Below are positions 21,801-36,800 of a stretch of DNA of 64,000 nt, in pieces. The first letter of the stretch is position 1. Each line of letters begins with the position of its first letter. The translations under genes were made by a program, and so were the position numbers. The notes beneath the pieces were generated by a model. The model had not been told where the DNA came from and ran no database searches. It worked only from the letters and a program-made list of their open reading frames with translations. The stretch is from Podarcis pityusensis (lineage: Eukaryota), in NCBI GenBank assembly GCA_964106645.2, contig OZ067046.1, one strand, 5' to 3'.

Positions 21801-24800
21801 AGTGGTATGGCTTTCCTGTCTTACCAAAAGTGTTCTCAGATCTATTACAACATTGCTTTCCAAACACTGTTGGAGCAACAGACACTTCTATAAACAAGGA
21901 CCATTTTTAGTACAAAGATGTGGCTATGATGATCAGTAAGTGTTTGTTACTGCCAGATGGAAGTATTGTAATGAGTAATACAGTAAAGTCTATTCAGAAA
22001 CTGCAGCTGTAAAATGCTGTGAGTCATTCCCTTAGTATACTAGCAAAAGAAGCATGTTATTACCAGAGGTTTAGAAGAGACATAACCAGCTCATTTGGAT
22101 GCACTGGTGATATTGATTATAAAAGCCCTCTGTTGTCCGAGACATAGATATCTGACATTCAGCCTTGCTTTCCATAGTCAGTTGAAATGGTCAACAAAAA
22201 TGTCTGAATTCAGTGATCCTAATGTTAAATGTTTTAGAGCTGCAAACAATTTTTTACAGAGGCCACCAACTGTCAAATCTACTTTTCTCTCTCAGATGCC
22301 CTAATCTTGCTGCCCTTCACAACAAGTATTAGTTTCCCTTTTCATTAATTATTTTTATCTGGAGCACTGGTGCCTGAGATTACTGACCACCTTTGATCCC
22401 CAAATCAAGTTTCATCAAGTATATTAGCAGAATAAGTTACAGTAATTTAACACAGAGGCATGAAATTTAACAAGGCATGAAAGTGACCAGTATCAAATCC
22501 AGGCAGACAATGTAACTTATTTTACTTCATTTGAGTTGATTAAAAGAATTCCTGGCTTGGAACTCTATCAATAATGCCCCCAAATCACAGTGTTCCATGC
22601 CCAGTCTTTTCTAAATTGATGCTAAATATAACTTTCCAAAATCACTGTCACCCATAGTGAAAAGCCAAAGGAGCATCAGCACTGTAAGAAAAGTGGGCAT
22701 CCTGACTGTACTGATTAAAAATCCCTATCTTGCCTATGTTCACGTATCAGACTACAGGAAGGTTTAGTAGAAATGGCATGAAGTTGTAGAGTGAGGAGTG
22801 CTTGAGAGAGGGATTCGGTCTGTGAGGGGGATTCTGTCAGGGGAGTTCGTTCTGACAGGTGGTAGAGCTGAGGAGAGCCGAGAACTCTCAATATATGCTG
22901 TAAGGTTCTGAATCGCAGAACACTGTTAAAATAGAAAAGGCACAGTCTCCCACGGTGTTTACAGGAAAAAGGGTCCTCAGAAGGAATACTCTGACATGAA
23001 AGGGCAGTAGTGATTCCCAGGCCAAAGAGGATTTGGGGGTCTGTAAGGAAACAGTCCAGTTAAAATCCTAAATTCCTGAAGTGTGTGTGGAAAAGTCTGA
23101 TCTATGAAAGATGTGTAAAAGAAAGTAACCTTAAGCCTGAACAGCATACAGCCTATAACTTGAAACAGTATACATTTTAATAAAAAGCAACAGCACTGTG
23201 CCCAATAACCTCACAGTTTGATACATTTCTGTGGAAGAAAAAGAACCAAAAACTCCTTGTTTACATCTGTTATAATAAAGTTTGTTTGCAACCTGTTTTC
23301 CCCAAAGAAAAACCCACTGTCGCTCGTGATTCATTCTCTTTTGGGGGAATTCACCTGAGGGAAGGGAAACTGAGGGCTGGCACAGCGGTGCCAGGGAGGG
23401 AGAGTGCTGTTGCGTAATCCCAGAAGTCCCTCTACATCGCCTGCTAGTTGCAAATGGTAATATGTCAAGACCAATGCTATCAATACTTGCTGAAAATACT
23501 AATAAATGCAACAAAGCAAAGGTTTCCTTATCAAGGAAGCCTTCAAATACAGTCTAGGGATTGCAATTGCATTCAAAAGCTGAATAGCAGGCTCACATGA
23601 GGCCTAAACAACAACAACCAAATGTGCTTCATACAAAGTGACAATCCGTTTTGAAACGACCCTTTCAAAAGGAAGGTAACTGGAAAATTCAGAAGTGTAC
23701 TTTTTGTGGGGGTAGGAAGGAGGAGAACCAAAGATTTAAGGCTGCCTTGTACCACCAACAGTCTAACAATTAGCTTCTACTGCATTAAGTTTAAAACCTG
23801 TGTAACCTATAACTGGGATTTTGCATGCCAACATGCAAACCTTTTAAATAATACTAAATGAATTGGATTCATACAGGACTGTGTGCAGTCTTTCACACAT
23901 AAAACATACTCCATGGTTGCATACTAAGTGGAAACAGAGATAGATAAATGACTTCTTTTGTAATTTTGCTTTTTCCAAGTCTGTTCCAAAGGATATTTTG
24001 ATTTCTAGAGATAACAAATGCTTATAAAAATGACAAACACAACAAAGACTAATACATTTATAATGACACACGTGATCATGGAGCAGAGTCTACTTTCATC
24101 AGATATATCATTATGATGTTAGCAATGACAAGCTTGCAATGCTAATTTAAACAGCTTTTCATGGAAGAATCCTCTAGCCTTTCAACCAGTCTTGCTCTTT
24201 TTGGATTAGGATTTTGTCTAAAGCTGCTGCTGAGGACTGTTAAGTTAATGAAATACGACTATTGTAGTATTGAATTACTAATTCATAAAACAGTAAAATG
24301 TACACATAGTATTTTTCTTAAAATTTAGTATCATCATTATGAAGCATCTATTTACACTTTACTTCTTATAAACTGTATGCAAAATCATTGGGGGGGGTGA
24401 TCTAGTCTTGTTTACCTTATTATTGCAAACATGGAGTTGAAGTTCTTGCATTCCCTGCAGTGCAATGCTATCTTAATGAAGTGCTTAATTATCTTCATCC
24501 TTTTCAGCTGGTTGGTTTCTCGCAGAATCTCAGATGCCACCCAAAAGGTTTCTTGGTTTATTACTTCTTCAAACTTTTTCAAGTTAGTACAGCTAGACTT
24601 AGATTTCAGTTTAAACAAGTCATCTATGTATTCTGTAGGTTCAATGTTACGGAACAGTTCAAAGTTACGCATAGAGAGTTGGGTTGCCACCTCAACAGTA
24701 CTGAGTTGCAATAAAGAAATTTGACTCTCTCTCAGCAATTCCTGAGCATCTTCATCTGAACACAAGGTTTCTGTCTCCATGTTGTTCTTCAGATAATACC

Positions 24801-27800
24801 TGGGAGAGGGGGGAAGAGGGAATAAAGTTTTCTATAAATGAAAACACTAATAGTAATGGAAAGCAAAGGTAGCTTGTTTAGAATTTAAAAATCAGTATAT
24901 TTAAGAAGTACATTCAATTATATTCTGAAATGGCAGATGATATACGAGTCTCACCTTCCACTAAGCTGTATTCTGTCAGCAAGCTTGGAAAGTTGATCTG
25001 GAAGCCTCCTCTGCTTGATTACTCCCTCTGGAGTGACTGAAACTTCACATAAAGAATATGCATCTGGGGTGGTGGTTAGAGCAAATTCTCGGATTGCTTG
25101 AATAACCACTTCCTTTGCAGTTGTGTCCTTACTGATCATAATGTAGCGGCTTTGTTGGTCTGCCTTAAAAACCCTCAGAACCTGGTCTGGTAAATCTGTA
25201 GGGAGGGGGGGGAAATCCTATTACAGCATATAAACCATATAATAGAGTAAAATTATTTATTTTTCAGTCAGTATCTGAATAGGAACAGATACACACTTAA
25301 TTTTCTTTAGTTGCCATCTTGCTCCTGTGAAACTGTTCTAGTCACTATCCTTCTTTTGGATCATCATTCTTTTTTCTGCCAATGATCAGAAGTCATTTCC
25401 AAGCAAAGCAAAATGGATCAACATGCTGGCTTTGTGCCGTAAACGTTTATAAATTGCTAACCACAAAGTATATAATCAGTGCATTCAGCTTTGATACTAC
25501 TGACTGCATACTGACATGCTACTAAATTGCAGTTTATTCTTAAATGAATGAATCTCAAGCTTGCCCCTCCCTCCATTCCAATGGGGACATGAAAATAGAA
25601 AATAGAAAATTACAAACTGTATTTTTTTATTAACCATAGTATACTGAACCAAGCCAACTTCAAATAGGAGAGGGCATGAGTGATTAAGTAACCTTCATTT
25701 TAAGTCATTATGAGCTCATAACCAAAGTATGCCTGCCTCAATAGTTGCCCTACAAGACACTCTAAATACTCATTAGTGTCTGTATGGCCCCAATTTTTTA
25801 GCTTGCTATATAATTTCCTGATGACTGGGTGGTGATGGACCTTTATTTCTTAGCGCTTATCAAATGTTATTGTTTCAAACTGAAAGAAAGGTGTCCAGGT
25901 CAACCAATAACTTTTAATGTTTCTTCAAAACTCTGTTTTTTGAAGTAATTATGTAAACAATCAAGAAAAGGTTGTGTCATCAGGTTTTTATCAGTTATTC
26001 ATCTATCAACACAAAAAAATTCAGTTTCCTTCCTTTCCTTCCTCTTAAAATACTGTATACGTTGAGTGATTGACAATGGCAATCAAGAAAAATGAAACAA
26101 TTCAAACAAGAAACAACAAAAGGGGAGAGGTTTATATTGGAGGTATAATGGATGCCATAAACAAGTTTATTTTTACTTATTGCGGTTAATCTCAAATAAA
26201 AAACGTAGCACTCGAAATCATAAAAACGTAGTATGATGGGTACAGATTTAACCCTCGCCCCAAATAAAGTCCCTTATTCCCCTGCTCTTTTCACCTACGG
26301 GGGGGGGGGGGGAATCCATGTTTTGCAAAGCCAGACACACACACAAAACCCACAGCTGACTTTTGTTGAAATGAAGCTGGCAGTTTCTGTTGTTTTTGCC
26401 TCCTACCTATTGTGTGAACGAGAACAGTAGGCTGTATGAAGAGAGCAATGTTCAGCCCTCTCACCCGCTCTTTTCTTGCTGGTTTCTGCACTCATAAACA
26501 AACCTCATCACACAATCAACTCTATTCCCCAGCAACAAGGGATAAAAGTACATTGTACCCATTCACATCCTTGCCTGCTCTCGATTATCCTCCCCTACTT
26601 CATCTTCAGTACCTCCCCCTTAGTTCTGTAGACATGTTACCAAACCAGTGGTTACCATTTCTACCAGTTCTCTCCCCTTTTCTTCCTAACTCCAGATGCA
26701 TCACAGCTACATCTCCACCCACTGTGAAATTTAGGGTAAGATTAGGGTATATTTGAGGTCTGCTGGGGATTGCTTTCCTCCAAGTGGCTTCCCTGTAAGA
26801 CTGAGATGGAATAGTTGACATGTTTGATTGCACTTGTAGGTGTGTGAACCTCTTTGTATCTTAATATATTAAACCTTTGCTCAACTAATTTGTAAAGACC
26901 CTTCTACCTGAACTGCACATTTCCTCTTAACAAATTCAACTAAGGAAAAACTAGTAAACATCTTACATAAGGTTGCAACCTGAAACTTACAGCAAGGCTG
27001 AAATAAAAAAAGGCAAGGCAGTAAAAGTGTCCAGAGAAGCGGACACGGAGCAATGGATCCAAACTACAAGAAAGAAGATTCCACCTAAACATTAGGAAGA
27101 ACTTCCTGACAGTAAGAGCTGTTCGACAGTGGAATTTGCTGCCAAGGAGTGTGGTGGAGTCTCCTTCTTTGGAGGTCTTTAAGCAGAGGCTTGACAACCA
27201 TATGTCAGGAGTGCTCTGATGGTGTTTCCTGCTTGGCAGGGGGTTGGACTCGATGGCCCTTGTGGTCTCTTCCAACTCTATGATTCTATGATTCTAATCT
27301 ATTCTCTGGTTTAAAATGCCAGTCTGGCAAGACACTGAAAAGGATATCAAAGCTTGGGTTTGACTTTTTCAACTTACAGAACAATTGCATAGGAAAATGT
27401 TATTGCAAGTTCATGATCTCTTTTGCCATGAACATCCCCATACTAAAATGTTGATTTACAAATCCACTTAACACAGCAAGCATTTTTTTGTTCCTCCCTA
27501 AGCACTACTCGGCTCCTCCAAGCTCTACGGAACAGCAATTCTGACAGGTTGAATTCTTTCTGCTCTAGTACATTCGATTTCCTGAATGCCTCCCTCATCT
27601 CCAACACAGTCCAAAGTAAGAAGAAAACTATTGAGACTGTACATTTTCTGAAGCTTCAAGTATGCATTGTGGCTTAAGATTATAGCCCAACTTTCTTTAA
27701 AGCCCTCAAGGGAGCATTATACGGTAATGTTAAATAAATAGAGTACAAGAAGCCAATTCAAAAACAAACACCACTAAAGAAAAAATGCCTAGCAGTGTAT

Positions 27801-30800
27801 ACTAGAAGTGATTTTAATGAGCTTGTACCATTTTATTTGGTTGTAAACTGTCCCGGTATGTATATTTTTATGACAGGTGGTATAAAAAGGGTTTTCAATA
27901 GATAAAATAATAATACTAGTATGTAACCATCAACAAAGTAATATCACACAATATAGTTACTTCATTTCTCCTGTTTATAAATAAGCAATACTTTGTATAC
28001 TGTTCACTAATACTGAATCTCTCTGCTTCTGAGAATCTATATGCCCACGTATCTTCCAGGCCTTTCATTAAATGTGAAGCTTATTGACCGCATGTGTCTC
28101 CTTATCAGTCTCCTAACTCCATGTTGGAGAAAATCATTTTCCTGTTTTATTATCTACACCCCAAGACATAGTCATTCAGAATTTCTACCTTGAATTGTTC
28201 TACTTAGTTTTGGCTGCTTCTCAACTATTTTCAGGTTCCAGGGACAACTACATCCATTTCCATTACCCAAGTCCTTTTAACACTGATTTGCATGCCCCCA
28301 CTATCTGCACAGTGACAATGATAAATAACTGCTAACTAATAATAATGGTACAAATTTATTGCAAAGTATTTCAGTAGATCAGACTATTTATGTGTCCTAA
28401 AAAAGAAGAAGTATTTTTATGTAAAGCAGACATGGAAATCCCAACTCAAGGAACATAGTTTTTGTACCCACTTACACCTATCAGAAGTAGCCCAAAGGAC
28501 ACCCATGAAAATTTGAGGCTCACCTGGGGTTGTGTTGAAATCTAAGATGCGGTGATGTGACTGCATTAAGTCAGGATTGCTTGAAGACAGTGTTCCACTG
28601 ACCGGCAGAGCAGGAGGAATGTGCTTGGTCTGCCTCAATCCCACAATGCTGTCATCCTGAGATTGGCCAATTCCAATATCGCTACGACGATGGGGAAAAC
28701 AAAAGTATTTAGTGCTTTTATATTATCGTGACCTATATTGCTTTATTTCCCCCTGTATTTCTGATTTCCACATAAGCCATTCATCTTACAGATTTTTAAA
28801 GTATAAGCGTTGCTTTGGCAAACTTACTCAACAGGAAGTTTTAACCAAATCCATATTCACTAGTAAGGTACCAGCAAGATTGGAACTGTTACACCTAAAT
28901 GTTGATTATAAATAAAGCTCAGGATTTTGTTTTTAATGTATGCAGAATACATGAAAGTATGTGATAAAATTTCCAGCAGCCCTGCCCCCTTTTTTTTTGG
29001 AAAAGAAATGTTGATGTATTTAATTTATTCTTCATGAACCATTTCTACACTGAGATTCAACTGGCTATTGGGTAATGGTATTATTTATTAAATTTATATC
29101 CTGCTCTTCCTCCCAATGGAGCCTAGGGCAACAAACAAGAGATAAAACAATAAAACATCTTAGAAACAATTCTAATACTGATGCAGATTTCAAGGCAATA
29201 ACCAATACAATAAAACTACAGACTGAGTTGACATAATGGAAAACACTCTGCGGTGCTGTGCATCACACTCACTTGTATGGTTTCTGAGGCAAGATACTGA
29301 TGCGGGTTTTGTCTAGTATCTTCTTGAGCTTGTTTCGCCCACCAACAGTGTTGGCTTTGCTCTTCTTGGTTACTTTTTCCAATCCTATCACCTGCTCGAC
29401 GTCAACTCCAAGATCTGGTATGGAATAACGGCTTGCTTTTTTAATATCACCAATTTTAGGAAGATGAGGAGCGCCGTTTCTTTTCTCCTCTGACAATCTT
29501 GTTAGAAGTTCCTTAAAAACTGCACAAAAGACGGGAAACACATAGAAAAATAAACTCAAAAGAAATACATCATACCCTTCTTGCACAGGCTATGAAAAGC
29601 AAAGTGGCATTTCACATTTGAATAGAATCCATGCTTGGACTTAATGATACTTCTAAAAATCTATTCCTGGGCATAGAATTAAGCCTCAAAATAAGTTGTT
29701 CACCTTATACCTAATAAAGAGAGTTTAAAAATCCATACATAGCTAAGAGCAAGGGCACATTTATGTCAGAAACAAGAAAAAAGCTATGGCATATTTCCTT
29801 CCAGAAGGTCAACTGAAATCCTACAGCGGCAAGTCTAGGAAAGGCATAACATAATAGTTATGCAAGTTGTCTCAACATATTCAGAGGAATGCTGCGAGGT
29901 ACAAAGGCCTCTAAGAATGATTTTCCGCAAACAGTTTTAGTAACTTTACACTGCTTCCAAAATCATTTCACACTAAGGGTCTTGGCTGTAGTTACTTTAG
30001 AAACATTATCCAGACATTCATATTTATGTTATGTATGAAGTTAAATTTCATTACTGCAATAGTCTTTTCTGACCTTAATCTTTCCTAAACTTCAAAAGGG
30101 AACATTTGTAATTTAAGGTTACAATTCCCACTTAAGAGGAAGTAAACCCCACTGAACTAAGTTGGACAGCAAATAGATTCCATTTCTTATTATGATTTTT
30201 TTATCAGTTTTTTGCATTGTTGTAAAATATTATAACATTTGCACATTTTGTTCTTATAAAGCAGTAACTATGAAGACTGAAACATTTATTGCAAGTGTGG
30301 ATGTCTTGCTTTCTACCCTCAGTGAATCTTTTTCCACATCGACCTTGCCTGTGGAAATTCTGTTCTGCACAATTTAAAGATGTGTTCTGGAATGCACCGT
30401 AAAACATGGTCAATACTCATCTATGGTTGTGCATTGCAGGAAAAGATGGCAAGTAGTGAACAAGCTGTCTTTGTGCTTTTAAGGACATCCTGGTGAGGGT
30501 ACTCCTGGTCTCATCGCAACACAATTCTAAAACTATTGCATTATAATAAAAGTTACACTTAAACCTATGGCTTTAAACTTACCAAATAAGTTAGTTTTCA
30601 CAGTGATAGACAAATGTGTGTTATTTCGAAGAATTTCCATGGCTTTAGACAGCTGAATGTTTTCAAAATTTTGGCCATTTACCTCCAATATCTAGAAAGA
30701 GAAACAAAAGGATTGAATTCTGGCAATTCATAACGATGAGGAGTTTCCACTACAACTATTGGCATTCCATGAACAACCTGATGAAATTTAATTTACATAC

Positions 30801-33800
30801 CTGATCACCACGTTTCAAGCCTGCTTCAGTGGCTTTGCTACCTGAATCAACACTGTCAACAAAGATTCCAAATCCCTTTTCAGATCCTCCCAATAATAAG
30901 AAAGGCAAAGGGGCTTCCCGAGATGGCTTTGTTAATGTTATCATTCTTCGTTTAGCTTTAGCAGCACATGCAATATTTAACAGCCTCAGATGTCCACCCA
31001 TTTTCTGTAGGGAGAGAATCCAGAGCCATTTGTTAGATGTAAAGTCACCTCAGTGTAGGACAGCAAGTCTCTTATTTTGCCAATAATCCATACCTCTCTT
31101 TCTAAATTGTTCTCAAATTCTTCCAGAAAACGAGTCATTGCAGAATCTCCCTCAAAATCATTGAAGTGATTGTTCACCCACAACAATACTACCCGTGTAA
31201 CCTGAAAGAAACAATATAAATTCTTTATATAAATGCAGTTTAAAAACCCAATGAAAACTATTTTTCAGCTGCTTTCTTATTTTACACATTTCCCCAACAC
31301 CATGTACTTCAGTATCTGATCTAGTGACATTTTTAAAAAATTTCTAGAAGTCCACCAGGTTAAAAAAAAGAAAAATCAAGAAACTGGGTTTTAAACATAA
31401 AGCTTCACATTTGTACAAAATCCTTCACATACTTCTTTTCAGAGAAGAGAAACCTGTTATCCTATGTTTTTACCACAGGACTTCTATGCAAATAAGAAAC
31501 ACCACCATATCTCTTCATGAAACTATAGTGTTGTAATGGTAGCAATTTAAAAAGAATTGCTTCTGAAGCAATAGGCTCCAAAAAGTTAACTGGCTTACAA
31601 AAATAACGGATTAAAAAATAAATTTGGGTTACTTTTTCTTCTTTTAAAAAAAGGCCTAAAGGCCATTTCCAATTTTGCATGTTTCTGTAATATGCTTTTT
31701 AGCTATGCTACCTTAGTTCAAAAGGAAAACTTTGCTCCTGCTGTGTCAGCAAACTGAGTCACTATCAGAAGCCACTATTCATTATATAGATTTTAATAAC
31801 ATGGAATCAATACAACTACCACTTCTATGCACTAACAAAACACCAAATTCAATGCAGTTACAATGAGTTTAAAGAATCCATAAATAGACCTTGACAGGAA
31901 CTGAAATTCCGACAATGTGCTGTTGAGAACCCGTTACCCTCCAAGTTTCTAAAATCCCTGTTCTGCTACAATGCCACAAATTTGAAAGTAACTGCTTGAA
32001 TTCGTAGACCTAACATGAATTGAGGCATCCAAACATAGAATTCTAGAATTGTAGAGTTGGAAGGGACCACGAGGGTCATCTAGTCCAAGTACCAGCAATG
32101 CAGGAATATTTTGCCTAACATGGAAAGAAAGAAGCAAGGGACTTTGCAGATCACAGAGGTCTGCTCCCTTCTCCCCTGGATAACCCTGTTGGATCTGTCA
32201 ATAGATCTTTATCTTCATAGCCATTAAAGGCTAGAAACAATCTTTCAGGATGCTGAATTCTATGCACCATAAATTTAGTGCACAGCTGAGGAACTGGACC
32301 TGGCTAGTGTTGTATCCTTCCTTGCTCCAACCCACTGGCCAAGTGGGTGGGGCTGTCCACCTGTAAATCACCTGGTGTCATTATGATGTTGGGTGACAAC
32401 CTGAAAGGAGCTCACAAAGCCCCTTTGAAAGCCAGTTTTCAGCACCAATCAGTTTACAAGCTACCCCCTTGAAAGTCCATTTGCTAGTGGTCTGAATATA
32501 AGCCGCTTACAAACATATTCCAAAGGGTGGCTGTCAGCACCCAAGAGCTGATGAGAGCTGAGAGCCCTACCAGCTGCACTAGGGAGTTCCTGATGAAGAA
32601 CCCCCTAGTGCAGCCAGCCAATCTCAGTGAAGCTCCCTTTTGGAGCACTGAAGGACAATCCTGTGTGTTTCTGAATGTGGTTGTCAACTCACCACTCTGC
32701 TGCTTCCAGCTGGGGCCTAGGACTGCTCTGCCCATTTCTATCTCCAGGTAAAGCTTTTTAACCTCTTTCACATATCTGGCTAAAATCTAGTCAGGCATGA
32801 ATGTCAAATGTGAAAACTTTAATCTGATTAACAGAAACAAAAGTTTTTAAAACTGATTTTCAGGTCCAGATGAAGATGGGTACATTTAACGCTGTGGTCA
32901 GCGGTTTGAATCCCTGTGACAGGGTGAGCTCCCGTTGCTTGGTCCCAGCTCCTGCCAGGCTAGCAGTTCAAAAGCACATCAAAGTGCAAATAGATAAATA
33001 GGTACCACTCCAGCGGGAAGGTAATCGGCGTTTCCGTGCGCTGCTCTGGTTTCGCCATTAGCAGCTTAGTCATGCTGGCCACATGACCCGGAAAAACTGT
33101 CTATGGACAAACATCAGCTCCCTTGGCCAGTAAAGCAAGATGAGTGCTGTAACCCCAGAGTCATTTGTGACTGGACTTAACTGTCAGGGGTCCTTTACCT
33201 TTTTTTCATTACATGCATTGCTACAAGTAGTGAAACAGACATAGGTGGCCAATCAGATTATATACATTCTTTTTCTCCTCCATAGAAATGTTACCTCCAG
33301 TGGTGGGGGGGATATTGCCTGCTTTGTTGTCCAATTAAACTAACCGACACCACTTTACAATTTGTTTAATTAGTGTATATTAAAATACGGTCATATTTTA
33401 GAATGTCATTATTAATGCAACCTTATCCCTGAGGCTAGGATCATTGAACCACTCCAATAACTTCTTCCCCACTTCCATCGGGCTGGAAAGAAATGTCCTG
33501 TAGGTCAACAGGAAATCCTCGATAAATGTTGGATCAACCACTGAATGTTCTTCCACCAAATGCATTGTCAACCTTTCCGGCGTTCCCTATAAAATGTAAA
33601 TGTTCAAATATCAATACACGTGAATGCATCTCAGCTTGAGCCCTTTTTTTTCCTTTTTCTTTTTCTTTTTCTTTTTCTTTTTTTTTTTTGGTCTCACTGA
33701 AGTTAACATACATTTACTGGACCAGATTTACACAAAGTACCATACACAGCAATTAAGCATCTGTATAACATTAGGATATAAATAAAAAAGACTGTGGTTT

Positions 33801-36800
33801 GAAAGAAATAGATAAACTGCTATTAGGTATATTATAGTATAAAAAATATACCTTGATAACAATGTGACCCTTTCTTGTTCCAGTGCGATCCAATTCCCTA
33901 TGTTCTTTAACCATAACAATCTCTCCTTCCTCTTCTACCTTCTGCATGTTTTTCTCCACTTGGTTGAGGATGCGGCAATAATCTTGCTGGGCTATGCACA
34001 CAAACTAGGGAAAATAGATTGCAAGAGACAAGTTCAAAGGTAATGGGTTCTAAAATGTTAAGAGTACTTTGTCCAACCTGCCCTGCTGTCTAGAATACCT
34101 TAGTCCCAAGTGTAAGGGATGCTATAGATTTGCCATCCTCAAATGTAGCAGAAACTATGAAGTCAAACCTTTAAATTCATGAGATCGATTAATAACCCCC
34201 ATTAAAGCTCATTATTATTACCTTCTTTTTACTTTTATGGCACATACATATTTTTCTAAATTAGTTTTCCAGTGAAATGCAGGATAAATGCAGAAGTTGA
34301 ACTGTTCACTATTACAAGGGCTACCATAAGCAATTTTTCTGTTATCACTGCAGATATAGTGCTTTATACAATGAATATCCAAATGTGCCTTATGATCATT
34401 TCTGCTACACTAAGTGGTTGAATAAGCCAGGATGATATATTCTGTTATAATTCTTGCCTTAGGAAAGTGCATGATTAATTGATAAAATATGAATTAATGC
34501 CTATCAAAGAAATCTCATATCTCTATCCTTCTCCTATTACCCTAAATAAAAGCTAAATCTGACTTGACATTTATTTTAAGGAAATTCCTAATTTCCATCT
34601 TGAGGGCATATAAAAAGTAAATGATGAAAGGAAAATGCCTTTTTAACAGTTGCTTCTACAATTAAAATAAGCAGCTATTTCCCCCTTTTAATCAGAATAT
34701 TATTGCCAAGCATAATAAAGTAAAATAAAATATGTGATTCCTTCCACCTGACAGTCATGTCCTCGCCCTTTCACAACATGCAAGTTTTTAACTGAACACA
34801 CCACACTTGTGCAATGTCCAGTTTTTAATCACCCAGGGTTGTTGATGAACTATTTTGGTTCTAGAAATGAATGTATTCCCTTTTATACTGGAATGTTTAA
34901 AATCACAGCTTTTTATATTCTTGGATACAACTGCAGCTGAGATTCTCTCTCTGTCTAACTACCAACTGCAACTGCTGAGGCCGTCATAGGGAGAAGCAGC
35001 AGCAGTAAGGCACTCCTCTCTCTATCTGTTATGAATATGAATCTAAATTATCCTGCATTTAATACAAACTAATTACATTCTGTAAGCCACATTGGGCGGG
35101 CTCTACCTTGAAATACAGCATTTAAGAACAAAGAAAGAAATGAATAAATATTCATATATTTCAAATTAATATTCTTTCATTTAAAATTCATAAGAATGTG
35201 ATCTTTACTAACAAGTGTTGCAAATAGGTTCATTAACCACAAACACTGGATATTCATTTTGGTTTTTTGACAGATCAATGAGGCTGCGCTTGAGACACTG
35301 AAGTTATATTACAGCCACAAGTTTACATCACTTAATGTTCTCATATTTATAGCACATAATGGCTTTGTTCAGCTGCAATACAGTTTGGTGCTATGTGAGT
35401 GAGCCTCAGGCTGGCCAGCTCACCTCTCCATATTCCTCCTTTGGCACAGCGATGGGTAGGAGTACAGAAGCAGTCACTTCCATTTTTAACTAACTTAAGG
35501 TTTTAGCTAACTGATCAACCCCAGTTGGTAGTTGTCCAAACCTGGATAAGCCTTGGCTGTTCTTTTTATGGTTTAGTAAACAACTTCATTCTGTGGTTTA
35601 TTATTGTTGTTGCTACCCTTGTTATATTAATTGCCTTCTAAATTTACAGTTTCAAGGCGATTTAAATGTAAAATAATTCTTTAAAAAATTAAAACACAAA
35701 CAGATTTAAAACAGGATGAAGACCCTAACAAGTAGTCAGTTGTTGGGACCCATTTATCCAGATGGGAAAGCCTGTTGACATTTCCCAAACCAATAGATCA
35801 GGCATAGATCTCAAGATCTATGGCGTGCGAGTGGCAGGGACTCCTTTCTGAGGCTCGCTCTGCCTTTGCTGGCATGGGTGAGCTACCTCTTTCTAGGGGG
35901 AGAAAGACATAGCCTGCTCACACCCCCCCACAAAGATGGAGGGAGCCCTGGGATGGAACCTGACAGGCTCCTTTCCGAGGCTCCCTCCACCTTGGCTGGT
36001 GTGGGGGATGCGGGCAAGCTACCGTATTTTTCGCCCTATAGGGCGCACCGGCCCATAGGGCGCACCTAGTTTTCAGGGGGGGAAATCAAGGAAAAACATA
36101 TGATTCCCCCCCCCCCCCGCAGCTCTACTCCAAGACCTTCTCCCTGCTTTTGCGGGAGGTGGCGGAATTCCCCCACCTCCCGCAAAAGCCCACAGGAGCC
36201 GCGCGCGACTCCTGCGGGCTTTTCGACCAGGAGGGAGAAGGGACTGTCAGTCAGTCCCTTGTCCCTCCTCGGGGAAAAGCCCCCAAGAGTGGTGTGCTCT
36301 TTAAAGGGTGCGCGGCATCCTGCAAGCTTTTCTACGAGGTGGGGGAATTCGCCCACCTCGTAGAAAAGCCAGCAGAAGCCGCGCAGCCTTTAAAGAGCGC
36401 ACAGCTTCTGCGTGCTTTTGCGGGAGGTGGGGAAATTCCCCCATCTCCCGCAAAAGCCCACAAGAGGGAGAAGGGACTGACTCGGCCAGTCAGTCCCTTC
36501 TCCCTCCTTGGGGAAAAGCCCCCAAGAGCGCTCTTTAAAGGCTGCGCGGCTCCTGCGGGCTTTTCGACCCAGCTTGTGGGGCTGGCGGTGGGGGGAAGCG
36601 CCCCCACCGCCAGCCTCCAAACCAGGTCGGAGAGTAGCGGGAAGGCCTTTCTGCTGCCCCCCAATCCTCTGGGGCTGGCGCTGGGGGGAAGAACTGCTTT
36701 CCCCCACCGCCAGCTTCAAAGAGCAGGCTTCGGAGGCTTCGCGTTGCTATCGCTGAAGCCAAGGAGCCTGCATTCGCCCCATAGGACGCACTCACATTTC